Source of the DNA: Raillietiella orientalis | Taxonomy: Eukaryota | Direction: 5' to 3' | NCBI GenBank assembly: GCA_036172245.1 | Contig: JAYWIR010000050.1 | Span: 806,001-870,000, forward strand | DNA length: 64,000 bases | Shown here: piece by piece, positions 1 to 13,144 of the stretch | Numbering within the stretch: position 1 is the first letter of the stretch | Layout of the letters: each line of letters begins with the position of its first letter | The notes under the pieces: generated by a model | What the model saw: only the letters and a program-made list of their open reading frames with translations | Databases searched by the model: none | Told to the model about the DNA's origin: nothing | Position numbers and translations under genes: made by a program

Positions 1-837
1 AATGAACAGTTTGTACAGCTATCCAATTTAATAAACCACCCATTTCTAGGCCTTTATGAATGGCTTTTAACTTTTTCGCTGCTATATGTAGCATTTCGTG
101 GAAGCTGTGGATACAAAAGTATAGGAAACGAGTTTCATTAATATCATTGCTTTTTGCTTTCAATGTTGCAAGTGCGGATTTCGGTAAACAAGGTGTTTTT
201 TCAAGGTGACTTGCATAATAGAGATATATGTAGCATGAAAAAAATTTTTTTCTGTATGCATTATTGCGTTAACAGTAACCAGGAAGTCATATACAGGTGC
301 ATACCAAAACTGTACAGTGAATAGAGTTACCAGGAATAATCACGAGTTATTATTGTATTCCTGGTAGCAAATGCTTAGTGTGAAAATTCCAAGGGTGTCA
401 CTGAATGCATTTTCATGAGTCTGTATTCTGTATACTATATTTGGTGATATATAATAAATTTGGAGATAGGTTTGGATATATGTAAGCAGCTGCATGATTA
501 CTTTTGGTAAATAAATTAGTTTTTGTGTATGTAATTATATGCATGTAAATGCGTTTATGTATAAGGGGCTATACAATAAACTAGAATAAATTGTGTTTTT
601 TCTTGTACTTTTGTGATTGTGCTGTTCCTTCTCACAATTCAGCTCTTGTGTAAAAGGTTTGGGTTTATCCATAGAGTACTATTTGCACGATCCTTTTATT
701 AGGGTATTGTAGATGGTTTACAAGCAAAGTAAGTACAATTGAAGGATGCTTGTTACAGTATTGCGGAATGAATTTTGTGACAAATTGCAACTGTGGCATG
801 GATTAAAACTGTCTTCTTAACCACTGTGTTTTTACAG

Positions 838-908
838 TGGCGGAAGAAGAGAATGCGCAGGCTGAAGCGGAAAAGAAGGAAGATGAGGGCAAGGTCAAAG
901 TAATCTGA
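838..908 (+). CDS. Probable terminal coding exon of an unidentified gene entering from the left (..AEEENAQAEAEKKEDEGKVKVI*)
   Basis: Acceptor tgtgtttttacag ends at 837, followed by a purine-rich open frame to TGA at 906-908 and AATAAA at 974-979. No upstream exon is recognisable in the window. Confidence 0.5.
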
Positions 909-973
909 CCATTCCTTTCAAAGCAGCACAGGATTGCCGTGGAAGGAAAGAAGAAACACTTTGTTATTTCTTC

Positions 974-979
974 AATAAA
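974..979 (+). terminator. Polyadenylation signal of the plus-strand gene ending at 908
   Basis: AATAAA about 65 nt after the stop codon. Confidence 0.4.
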
Positions 980-1000
980 ATACAAAAAGTCATCTATATT

Positions 1001-2838
1001 TCAATTTGTTTCACATGGTGCTTTATAACATGTTGTGTTATGTCTTGGCCAGTGTTGCACTTGACATGATCTGTGTTTTAGAAAAGGGTTTACGATTAAT
1101 TATAAAGTTGTAGAGTAGATGGAAGTGCATACCTGCTGCAGTACCATTCAGCCTTACACTGTGAGCAACGCTTGGTGGCTGGGCTTCCACAATTGGCACA
1201 TTTTGTAGCAGTGCGCAAAAGAGCTTCCAGCTGATCCAGATTATAAATATCTGCCAATCTGGAACTTTTTGTTTGAATTTGTGTTGCAAACATTGCTACC
1301 TTTGTGCCTGTTGCTGAAGTGATGCAGAGTTATTCTGGAAAAACTCGGACAACTGTTTCTCTGCAATTTGTTTCCAGTGGCCTTGGGCAGAGCGAAGGAT
1401 GGCTTCTTTAATGGGGGATATGGCCTCCAGAATAAAAGATGGCTTTGGGGGAGAAACTGCACTCATAGATAATTGTGCCAGAAAGTGTTGTAATTCTTTT
1501 AATAAAGGTATTTGAATGAGCAGTGTCTGATTGATGTAGGATTGCAGCTGGGGAATTTTAAGAATTCAGCGTGAGTGGTAGCATTTAGTCTCATACTTGC
1601 ATCAGTTCCTGTTTGCGATATGCATCCAAATCATATTGCTGCATGCAACGGGGAGAGCTTAAGATGTAGTAAAGTGCCACCCATGCTTGAGCCTGTTGTT
1701 TAACTATAGTACTGGTTTCTGAAACCGTCACTCTTATCCATTCTCCCTCTGTGTAAAGGGTTTAGCTTGATCCTGAAAACAGGTGTTCTACCGTTATACT
1801 GACTGACTGTCCCGTTATCTAATCGTGCCCATGGTGCTGTTTTGATTATTGCAGCTAGTAATAGAGGAACATCATGAAGATCTAGAAGGCGTGGTAGCAC
1901 AGCTGCAGGTAGACTGAAAGCACTCATGAACAACAGGGAAACGTGTGATTTTACTTGTCAATTTGCTCTGCAAGTGTTTGCAGCACAGATAAACTCTTCA
2001 TGCTGATGTCAAACAGCAGGTTTTGTTGCTGCTCATCAAACTCTTTCCAGATTTCTGGAAGATCCTTGTTCTGATCGACTCTGGAAACAGCGTGGTTGCT
2101 GTATGGGCAACTTCTCACCTACTTGGCGGTGACCAGCGTTGTCATTTGCCTCGCACATATGTCCACCAGATCCAGACAGTAGTCTTCTATGGCGGCTACG
2201 GCATCTGGTTGGTGCAAGCAAACCTCAAGCAGTGACAGCGCACTGAGGGCATGAAACAGCTACACTTTTAAATGTTTCCGACGCCAAGCACTTCCTTACA
2301 ATCATGTAAATGGGAAACGTCATTGTGATCGAGTGGCAACCATCGGCAATTACAATCGGGAGTATTTTTTCCCTCCATATGTGAATCAAAATGACATCAT
2401 GGAGCAGGATTTCTAGCTGAACCGGCCTCATTAGACTTTCGTAATGGGAAGTTTGAGGTTTTGTTTGCGGAAGGTGGGTGGAAACAGAGGAGTCGGGTGG
2501 GCCACGTACGTACCTTGCCACTTGTGATGATCGTTTCCCTCACCGTCTCGTCCACGTCGGTGCGAATCTCGTAAACTGCCTGCATCACGAGTTTTTCCGT
2601 CCGCTCGTGGTGTTCTTGCCAGCTAGAAAAGTGCCCCCTCCCCCCCTCGTAAGGACGACGCAGCTCCGGTGCATTTTCCGGTTTGGAAGATTACGCTCGC
2701 TTAGGCGCCGGGCGCTTCGGTTTCAGGCAGTGGGGCTTACCCGATGGATCCCACGTCGCCGATGGGGAAGCATTTTAGTCCGTCGACGTAGGAAGTGATG
2801 TCGAAGTGCATGAGGATGGGTTTCAGGTTTTGGGACAT
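1001..2838 (-). CDS. ZMYND10: Zinc finger MYND domain-containing protein 10 (BLU; axonemal dynein assembly factor), 10 exons, 434 aa
   Basis: GT-AG exons 2838-2741, 2622-2514, 2416-2300, 2259-2123, 2080-1955, 1913-1792, 1748-1597, 1547-1300, 1258-1133 and 1070-1001 join in frame (1305 nt). Translation MSQNLKPILMHFDITSYVDGLKCFPIGDVGSIGWQEHHERTEKLVMQA...TFPIYMILFH...LDLVDICARQM...QAWVALYYILSSP...CANCGSPATKRCSQCKAEWYCSRSCQVQHWPRHNTTC follows the remembered ZMYND10 sequence end to end, with an intact C-terminal MYND finger. Confidence 0.95.
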
Positions 2839-5800
2839 CGTGACGGTCAGCCTTCGGGAGCGGAAGGGGGGTATCGATCAAACGACTGCAGCCGACGGCC
2901 AGGTCGGTGACTTGGCGGAGCCTTGCGACCCTTCCGGTTTGAGAAAAAACGGTGGGGGAGGAGTGCAAGGATAGGAGGGGAAGGAAATGCAGTCGAAAGT
3001 GTGCTTTTCGTTTCGGCAGACGGTTTCCGTAAATAAAGATGGAAATGAACGAACGGCCACCACCTTTTCCTCGAGATCCGGGAGGATTCCAGGATTTCGA
3101 GGAGAAGCTGAAGAATTGAATGAATTTGAAGGAAAAGAAAAAAAAAAAAAAGAAGGAGAAGGAACATTTCCATGCTTTGCGGAAGTTTCTACTTTGTTTA
3201 CAATCTTAGCGAAGTGGGAACAGTGCGACTTCGGGGTGCGCCGTTGAAGAGAATATGGAGGACGCACGGTAGGCATGCAGTTTTCTTTCGTTTATGCCAG
3301 CCTGCCTTTCGAAAGGTGAGAATTGGCAATCGCTTGTTAATGTTCATCCACCGTGCTTTTTCGCCGATTCCAAAGCAAAGTAGTTGAAATCTGTGATCCG
3401 TACTTCATTTCATTGCTGCTGCTTCGCAAATTGGCCTTCATGCGCCAACTTTCCCTTTGCAGAGCCATCGCCTGCACGCCAAAACACCAAAACACGCAAC
3501 TCTTGGTTCTAACACGTGGGGGTCTTGGGGTCAGCCAGCCTTCGTCTCTCCCCTACGCAACTCTTGGTCCGCCGATTCGTATGAAATGTGTGTGTGTTTT
3601 TTGGGGGCGTCACAGCGGGAGCAAAAAAGGCCGGATGCCGTGACGCTTGGTGTTCGCCGCCGAGGACTGCCCCGGTGGCCACACACCTTCATGCAGCATC
3701 CCCGGGAATGAATTCGTTCAACAAATCGCCGTTTCTTGGGCAAGTCGGTGCTTCTCCTCCAGTGGCAACACGCGGGGACACTTACACTGGGGCTTCCCGT
3801 GCCTTCACTGGACCAGAGGGAGCTGTGCCAGGTAGGCGGAGCGATTCGACCGCTACCACTCCTGCTGTTGCGGGCTCCTTCTCAAAGACCACGGCTGCAG
3901 CCTTCTTGCACTCGGAGGATCTCCCTAAGCAGCTTCCCCCGCAGAGACCACTTCATTCTCTCCAGTATTTTCGACCGCTGGCCCGCTGGCCATCGTGCGC
4001 TGCTGCATCCGTGCGGCAGTGGCGGTCCACCGCGCAATGGAACAGCAGCGGTGCCGGAGGGCGGCCGAACACTCATCATGGGTGCACCCTTGGTGAGGAG
4101 GATAGCAAGATGGCCTCTGACCGGAATCGAAAGGGTGAGAGATCGCTTCCAGTATGGCAGGCACACCGAGAACACACGAAGCAACCGTCCCATGTCCTTC
4201 ACCTCCCTTCCTGCTCACGTTTCCCTTCCGGCGGCAAAAGCATGCTCGCCCGGGCATCCCGAGTTTTCATTTCCCTTTTTTTGTTCCTCGTTCTCCCTTT
4301 CCCCCGTTTTCTTCGCTGCCGGCTGCTTGTCGGTCTTCCAAATATTCGGCGTACAAGATAAGCGTGTGTTTCATTTCATTTCTAGGAAACGTCCTCGAGT
4401 GACCGGGTCACAGGCGTCCGTGGAATGGATGCAAACAGGACCGGACAGTGTTTCTCCTTTCCCGCGTCGGGGTCAGGAAACGAAAAACAGAAGGTTCCGC
4501 TTCCTGCCGCAGCTTTCCGTGACGGAATGCCATGATGAAATGGTTTCCGAAATTCCAATACCAATCACCCCATGTGTCCTCCAGCCATGCTTTTGCTCAT
4601 TGGTAAATGTTGTTCACTTTTCAAAGATGGTTTGTGTTGAGATCCGCGATAATGAAAAGCTAATCGGAAACGGAGAATTCGTGCGTTTTATTTTGTTCTG
4701 GTGAGACTTGCGTGTCTTTTATTCTGATTTTGTAAGCCTCCGGTGCGCGCTTGCACCGATAAATTTATTTTGAATTTTTCCCAAAGGGCGCTTTGCTGCG
4801 TCTTCGTGGCAGCAAATGCCGAACTGCGAGCCTTCTGTTTGCTCTCCCTTTGTTTTCTTTGTTTTATATTTCCTTGTTTGCCGCTGCGGCACTCCCCCGT
4901 CGTCAAAATATCCTTGTGCTTGCGTCACAGATGCTGGAAGCTTAGCTTTGCACCTCCCTCTGCTACGTCTTCGCAGCTGGAAAGCGAGCGATCTTCCTGA
5001 ATCCCAAAGATCCGTGTTCTCAACCGAAACCGTTTCGAACGGAGGGGCTCCGTCCGTCTCACTCAGCGCCACGGGGTCACCCTATCTGGAATCGAGGGCG
5101 TGGATGGCCGAAGGAACCTTTCCACCAGCTGCTTTACCTAGGAACCAGAATTTTTCCGCTCCAGATGATTCCCGAGTGATCTCATAGGGAACTTCTGGTG
5201 TTTTACAGAAAGAAAACAAAATTCCACTGCACGTATTCCACTAATTGTCAGGTGCAGAAAACTGTGAGCCAAAGGAGGACTCCTTTTTAAGAAACCCAAG
5301 CATCTGCGTGTTTGTTTGTTCCGTTTATTCAAACTGCTTTTTAACATCCCTCCTTCATGTGAGCGCAGCGCTTCGTCGTGGACCACAGTGCTGTGTTTTC
5401 ATTGCTTTGGTTCCGCTCTTGCTCTGTAGTGGAAGATCGTGTTCTAATAACGCACTTCACTTGTGATAATTGGAAGCTCACGCAACGGAACTCAGTGACC
5501 TCTGAGCATATGGTCACTTTCTCGGTAGGGCTTCGCGGAAGCCTCGTAGCGGGATTCAGGAACGTATGGGAGGAAGTGTTGCTCCGCGAAAGCAGTCATT
5601 CGATTTACCGTGGTTGTGGAGTGTGACTTCCAGGATGGAATAAGATCCACGTGCCCGTGCCTTCTCGAAAAAGTTGATGAGGGGGACAGAGTGCAGTAGC
5701 AGCTCCCCCACCCTCCCTGCCAACGGGCCTTTCCGAATGCGGATGGATCCTGGGCCTTCGTCCACGTTTCCTGGATCCGAGTCGTCCAGCGTTGCACCGA

Positions 5801-8349
5801 GGTTCCAGTGGAAAGAGAAGAGAAAAATAAAAATAAAATTTCGAGCTGCGGTTCAACATAGTCGTGTGTTAACAGGGAAAGGCGCGCCCCAATCAACAAG
5901 CATCATTTCGAAAAGGGGTAAGAAAAAAAGTGTTCAGAGTCATTATCGTCATTGCAGGCTTCAGTGGAGTTCCTGTCCGTTTTCCGGAGACAGCCCAGCC
6001 GGAAACCTATTTGCCTACTGATTGAAACTTCATAGCTTCGCTTTATCATCGGAGCCTCATTCTGGGTGGCATCAAACGGCTTAACGAGCAGTTTTTATAG
6101 AGTTCTTGCCTCGGTTTCCTCTCCCGAAGAACGATAGAATTTTTTTTTTGTTTTAGAGACGGTCGGTAACGACTGCAATGAAGTCTCGTGTTTTTTCGAG
6201 TGAATTTCCTAGCTGAAGTTTGAGCTGAATAATTCAATGACAGGCCGGCCTTATCGTGGGCTCAAAGACGTTGGATGAGTAACCATCTACATCAGACCTC
6301 TTGACAACTGATTGTTCTCAGAAGAGGGGGGGGGGGAGTTGCAAGTCCCTAATAAATATCTGTGAAGTACATATTATGCAGAGCGATGATGAAAATTTCT
6401 CGAAACGAGCTAAGCACATCTTGATAGGAAGGCGAAGCAAATGCCATCATCAACCCATCCCCTATAGCTCACTGCCAGCTGTTTTTCCTTTTTCCATCTT
6501 TGAGAACAGATTTCTTCCGGGGAGGAGGCGGCACCCCCTATTCTCCAAAAGTTCGTTCCTCTGTTCCCCCCGATCGCTTTAAGCACGCCGCTTTACCAAA
6601 CTTCTCCCCTTTTGCAAATATTTACAATCTGCAAGGAAGGCGGTCAAAGGGAAAAGAAACCCTAATGAAGCGATTTGAGTAATTACCAGCCACGTGCACC
6701 TCGGATTTCTTACGGCGGCAAGGAAAATCCACTCCCTGCGTGTTCAAAAGTTGTTTTGCATATCTTAACCGTAAGAAGCTCAGGCATGCAGGCAGATTAG
6801 CAAAGTTTCCTTCTTCACGTGCGACGCCCTGCCCGATTCACGGCGAGCTCTTCCGAAAAGCTGCTCAAACGCGGAAACGAATGCTCCACGGTCAAAACAC
6901 ACCTAACTCAAACTGATCTGCCATTTCTTCTTTTTGCCTGCTCTGGAAATTAATAAGTTTTGCGGTTTCCTCCAAAGGTGTATTCGTCATGGGATCTTCG
7001 ATTCATTAAGCACTCGGATGTCACAACGCTTTTGTAAATGGCCACATCTGAGAAGTGGAATCATACACGCAGCTTCTTTTAATCTGCGACTCTCACGAGA
7101 GAGCAGGAGGCACTCGAGAGGAGGAGGAAATCCAGAAATCGAAAATGCTTCCATATTCCCCCTTTCCGTTTCGCCTCTGCAAAAAAAAAGCGATGGAACG
7201 TGATCCGTTGGTAGATCCATTGGATCTGGTGGTTGAAGGATTCGAGCCACACTTTCATGTCCAACCAAACACGTGGACGAGGGACACATTTTTTGGAGCC
7301 TTCTCCTCCTTTTGCACTTCGAGTTGATATACCACCGCCTGGTAGCTTTCCCGATTTCCACTTGGCTTCCAAACCACTCAAATTCCTTGGGAACCTTCAT
7401 TGACCGTTCCGGTGGTCAAACTCCTGCGTAAGCTGACTTCGCAAAATGATCGTTTTTGAATGCTAAGCTTCGCGATTTTAACTTGGCCTCTCTGTAGGCG
7501 CTTTTCCACATAAAGTAGTAATTTATTAAGGATTGCTAGAAACTTCATGAAAATATCAATACATAGTCAACTTGAAATTTCAAGTGTTGATATATCGTAT
7601 AGTTACTGACACGCGGTATGATACTTGTATCTTGGTATATGAATCATCTATTTTAATACTTAATGAGGTCAGCTGATGTGTGGGCGTAAGAATTACGGAA
7701 ATAGTATCGTTACATAACTTACACGTCGCAGAAACGAAAACAAGCTCGCTTTACATAATAAATGAGAAATTGTAGAAAAAAACACTCGGACTCTGGTGCA
7801 AGCATTCTTCGAATGCCGAATGGAGAAACTCGAGAAAAGCCTGCAGATCCCTGAGCCAGAAGGATTTAAGACCGACTGTGCGCAGACTCATTCACTCGGA
7901 TTCAGTGGCTTCCGGATCCATGAGCTGAGGTGCGATCACCGTGGCTAATCAGGAGACTCCATTGAGCTCATTACTTGTAAAATGTTTCGAAATCTCAAAC
8001 TCATCTCGGATGCTGCAAGTAATCCAAGTAGCCGATTTCCGGCATTTATCGATCGCTGGATGCACAGTAAATCATCGCTGCTTGACTCCGAATTCCTTTG
8101 GTCTTGGGAACCGAAATAGATGGCCTGCCTCTGTCTTCTAATCTGCTCGCATGAAATGCACAAAAGACCGTTGCTAAAGGAACAAGTGATGTAGCTCCTT
8201 GCGACTCTTGTACTTTGTGAAAGGAGACGATTTGAAATCAAAATTCCACCATGCGATTCATGGAAGTCGCGACACAATTTTCTGAATACAATAGCACTGA
8301 TGGGAACGGCATCTGCATCACTTCTACGTGGTCACCTCAGCATCTTCCC

Positions 8350-9265
8350 ACTTCGTGCTCATATTCGATCCCTGGCCCACACGAAGAACAACAGCGAAGG
8401 CCATCACTCACTTCGGTTTACAGAAGGCGGAAGGCTGCTTCCGGAGTCCACGCGCCCTCAACGCAAGGACTGCCTTCCGTCCAGTCAGCGCAGTCAGAGA
8501 GGACGTTTGCGAAGAATGCGCGCTACAAGCGAGGTCAGAGTCGGGCCGCGACACGGCAGCCCGGCAAACGGCACCGAAACGTCGCCAGTGCGCAAGGTGC
8601 CACTCCTTCGTCGCAGCATCCGTGCGCCACGGGCCCACGACGCAGCGAGTGGTGAGTGCAGGGTGGAAACGGGAGCTGGTGGCCACCCGATCCCGGAAGA
8701 CATCGCGCGACTGCTTCCCGACCACGCCTCCGGAACGAGGGGCGGAGTCCTGGCGCGCGTTTGAGTCCGGCGGAGGCTCGGCCGCCAGAAGCGCCGGCAG
8801 CCAAGCGGACCGAATGCAGTCGCGCCTCTTCGCCGACGGAGGGAGTGGCGGCTTCAGCAAGACGGGGCCGCGCGGACGGCGAGGTGCGCGGCGGACTCGC
8901 GCAGAAGAAACCAAGGGGGGAGGGAGGAGGACGGCGCGGCGCCAACATCGAGCCTATCCTGGGCGCGAGCCCCGAGACGTTCTGCGTCGCCGGCCAAGGT
9001 GAGCAGCGACCGGCGGGCGGACGTAACCAAACGCGAGGTCTGAACGGGAGGTCGACGGCGACCAGAGACGAAGGCTGGCCGCTGAAGGCGATGGCTTGCT
9101 GCGAGGGTCCCGCGACCTTTTGACCGCGCCTCCAGACGCTGTCCGTACGGAAAGCGGAGACGTCTGGTGGGCGGCAAAGAGGCCGCGGCAAGGATTTTTG
9201 CCGTGCGTCATGGTGGAGGAAGCAGAATGCGACCACACTCCTTTTCTTCTCTCCTGCCACTTCCC
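8350..9265 (+). mobile_element. Decayed 3' part of an RTE-clade (BovB-like) LINE, copy A
   Basis: Frameshifted remnants occur in RTE order: FGLQK..GCFRSPRALN (cf. KGVRQGCILSPxLFN), GWKR..CFPT..GAESW..RAFE (cf. IWK..VFP..YGAESW..AFE), AKRT, and GQGEQRPAGGRNQTRGLNG (cf. GKVEGxRxRGRxxTRWLD). It ends in tgcc..catggtggaggaagcagaa. A near-identical inverted copy lies at 31030-31950. Confidence 0.65.
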
Positions 9266-12200
9266 TCCGTGTGACCAATGTCATTAAGACATAATTCTGA
9301 AGACTGGCAAATGAGCAGAACATGCGTCTGCTGCATTCGTTCAAAGGAGAGGCTTTTGAACAAACGCTCGTCAGATTATTCCTCAATTTGGCGCATCTCC
9401 AGTGCTGAGCTGATATTTCCCGTGGTCCCACCAACCGTAATGTGATGATGAGCGAGAGCTCGTCATTAAAACATCACAAATGACTCGGTGATTGCAAGTT
9501 CCGGGAGTACAGAATGGAGGAAATCCAAGCACACTGTTCTGACTCGGCCCTCGGGATGCGCAAGAAGAAATAATGATCTGCGAGGATTCCGGGGAAAATT
9601 GGCACTGTTACTCCTGTCCGAGATAAGTTATAGGACATGTGCTAGAATGAAGGAGCAAACGATGAAACTTAATGGCTAGAAACCGATTTGGGATGAAGAG
9701 CTTGCTCGGACTAAATTCTTCTTGGGATGTAGACTCTCTAGATGAATTCCGGAATCCTTATGTTACGTGGCTCCCTCCTCGGAAGATCTTCAAAACAAAG
9801 CAGCTAGCTCGCGTGCAAGATGCTCAAAGATGATCCCAATATCTCAGACTTTATTTGAGTTCTGTAAGGCATGAAATCTGCGCTGTGTGTGTGTGTGTTT
9901 GGCGCATTCTGTATCACCTGTCCTTCTGGCGAAAGGAATGTGTGAGCGGAACCCTGCACGAGTGCAGACGTGAATTTGCTGTCGCCGATTCGGGGAAGCC
10001 CTGCTTTTTGATAGCACACTACCAGTCGTAGTGAACTCTCAAAATACCACAGAACATCGCAATATTAAAATGGGCTGCCCACACTTATCCCGTATCGAAT
10101 TTGCCCGAGGATACGAATGGAATTCGACCCTACTATCCAGACCACGGTGGACTACTGAATCCTATGGATGTAGCAGAATTACAAGACGAATCCAACGAGA
10201 AAGGATCGCAACTTTTTTTTTCCAGAAACATTGCGTTTGGGTTAGTAAGTCTGCACTCCTAATCAATTACTGTTTATTTGTGTGTGTGTGTGTGTTCTTC
10301 TTGCGATGAAGAATCCATGTGGATCCGTGCAGGTTCATCATGCTGTTGGTGCCTCGGAAAGGACACAGAAAAGCTCGTTTCCGAAAATCAATTCCCGAAA
10401 ATTCCGACAGGCTCAGCTCGTGAGAAAGCAAACGGAGTACTGTGATCGCTAATCTTTAAAACAGCGCTCCAACAGCTCGTTCCTATCTATCCAGAATCCC
10501 TCACGCTCCAAAGTCATTCTGAAATGAACAACATCGTTTGTTTATGCTCAAATTAACTGGAATCGCAGGAAATGCAAAGCAATGCCGTAATTTTCGGTAG
10601 GCATCCGATCCATGCCAAACAGAGAGGCATTATGGACTTTGTAATCTGAATGCCAAGTTCTACAGAAAATGAAAACGAGCAATGTGTAATGAAAGCGCCG
10701 GGGGCAGCAGCGGAACGACTTTGTAATTACGCGAGCGTGTAAGGAGGAGGAGGAATGCAGCAGCATTTTCGCCTCATTTGAATTCTGATTCCGAAATGAG
10801 ACAGTGAAAGTGAATAAGCCGAAAAGTATCTGATCTTCCTGATGGCGCAGCCTCAGCACGCATGATCTTCACCGTCGTCCTGCTTGCTGGAATCCACAGC
10901 TTCACATCTGGACCAACTTATGGCAACAGGTCAGTAAGGCGAAAAGACCTCCCCTACCGAGCGACCAGCTGGTTTGGTTTCAGTGACACCTCAGCTACCC
11001 CACGTTTCGCATAAGCATCTGATTCGCCCGCATTTCGATTCGGTTTGGGCGAGATAATTGCAAGCAAGACGATTTTCAGCAAGATAAGCGAAGTACTTCC
11101 CTCAATATGTGGAGAGCATGAAATCGGTACTTTTCTGAGAACTGTGGAACAAATGCTTCTTTCTCTACTGGAGGGAGGAAAAAGAGTAAAACCATGACCA
11201 TGGGAAAAAATTTTTTTTGCTACCAAAGGCCTTTTTGCGATGACTTTTGCTTAAATCGGGTAAAATGGAAAACCCGTTTCCATGCAGGTTTGAGAGGTAT
11301 CGGCATCCGTACCGTACTGGTGCCACCGGTGCCGTCTTCTAACACTCGATTTTTAGGGTAATGTGTTTCGGAAGAATTTTCGCGCGAATTGGGAATGCCA
11401 AGTTGTCCGAAAAAGCAACACAAGAAAGAAAGGAAAGGAAAAAAGGGAAGGACAATTCCTGAAAATGCAATGGAAATGAAGAAATCAAGTGAAGAATTGT
11501 TTGTAGAAAACGAGATATTGAGAAAAAAAAGAAAAGAGGGTGCGATTTAATGCCTTGGATTAAGAACACACTTCCCAAAGCGATTGTGTGTGAGATAAAG
11601 GAAAGGGAGGTACACATCCGGGCCGAGACGATTTTCTAACGGAAACCGACGCAGAAGCGCAAGAGAGGACACTCGGGATCAATTAAAAGTGGTTCTGTGC
11701 CATCTGTGGAATCCCAAATGCAAGAACGTGTTTTTTCGCGCCGAAGGGCATTCATTTGCCCGTGATGTGACCTAAGAGCAGCCAAGTGGCGAGTTCTCGT
11801 CCTCGTGTGCCAAGTTTTGATCATTCGAGAGAAAGTGCGGTTGTCATCATCCCGGGGCTCGACGGCTCCGCCGCACGCTGTTGTTTAGGAGGCAGCAGCA
11901 TTGCTTCCCTGAAGACAACCTCAGGCACTCTGGAATAGCTAGTCAAGGAGTAGAGGGAATCCGCATTCCGATTCTCAGAATCCACTTCCTGGTTGCAACT
12001 TCCCCGTTCCCGCTGTCTCTACATTTTCGTTGCCCACTTCTCTTCCTGCAGAGCTCGATCGAACGGAGGCGGCCACGGGGTTAGCCATCCATATGGCTCA
12101 TGAAATCACACGAGCTTTGACAGAGATACGTCAGATGAAGAAGCTGATCAAGATCTCGGTAGAACATGGAGGGCGTGAGAAAGCTCGGCGGTATCTCTCA

Positions 12201-12473
12201 ATCTGGGGAGAAAGGGAGGAGGAGGGGGGAGGGGAAAAGCAAATCAAACGACGTATTTGGAATGATTCGATGGATGATTTCAAAATAGGGATTCAGTGGA
12301 TCGGCTTTTCCTGACTGGCGCCCTCGTATGAGGAAACTCCCGAATCTGCGCGTTATGCAGGTAAAAAAAAAAAAGTCTTCTACAGCTGTGTGTCCATGAG
12401 GATTGAAGTTTACGCAGACTCCGGCTTGGTTTCCGCCGGTTTCCGTAGCATCAGATCGGATTAAATAAAAGTG

Positions 12474-12513
12474 AATGATAATGATGATGATGATGATAAT
12501 AATGATAATAATA
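12474..12513. repeat. (ATG/ATA)n trinucleotide microsatellite
   Basis: atgataatgatgatgatgatgataataatgataataataa. Confidence 0.85.
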
Positions 12514-13144
12514 AAAATGCGCTGAAGTGGATCAGAGGAAGTGGAAGAAATTGCCCTCGGAATAATGGCAGAGTGAAGTCTTCGACCTCTGAAAGGACCG
12601 AAGCGATCGGTTTGTGATGCTGCGTCCACATCCGCGAGAGCATTTTCCACACGACGTTTTCTGATGCTTAAATCTTCCGAGTTTGGTTTGTGTTTTTTTT
12701 CCCCCCCCCCTGTGACGGAGTCATTCAGAAAAAAGATGCTCGCAGTCACATCCCCGGCAGCGCCGAAGCACTCGCCCTCAGGACGAGCATCCGGGGCACC
12801 GATGAACCTTCAGGTCACTTCCTTTAAAGTTGCATGAATCTCTTCGCGGTGACTCGAATGTAAGGATGATGCAGAGCTGAAGAAAAATGTCCCGAGCAAG
12901 GACGTTCTTCCTTTTTGAGTTCCGTCGTCGTGTTTTCCGAGTAGAACGGAGTTTCAGTGGGTTGCGAATTCCCGGATGTTCCATACTGCCGACGAAGAAC
13001 AGAAACAATGCGACCAAGGGGACAGACAGGACGCCGTGGGGCTCGTGGGAGTGCCTGATGAAACGTTCAGACCATTTGAAGGGAAAGAGGGAGGTTGGTG
13101 TAGGATCGGGCCTGCTTGGAATATTCGCCCTACTGTTTGTACAG

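Noticed and set aside
3029..3035. Forkhead motif GTAAATA ~190 bp upstream of the ZMYND10 ATG
   Set aside because: Biologically plausible (Foxj1-type), but a 7-mer is expected by chance and no adjacent X-box was seen.
3588..4704. Overlapping 257- and 322-aa ORFs divergent from ZMYND10
   Set aside because: No recognisable domain, no convincing splice structure, and ORFs in several frames at once, as expected of GC-rich non-coding DNA.
8251..9434. Stack of 150-300-aa ORFs on both strands, repeated at 31019-32002
   Set aside because: These are by-products of a GC-rich decayed RTE; the real motifs are scattered across frames.
13055..13090. Hammerhead ribozyme core CTGATGA...GAAA (CTGATGA also at ~19450, ~23855, ~42412, ~53517)
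   Set aside because: Stem II does not close adjacent to the core or GAAA is missing; no stems I/III found by eye.
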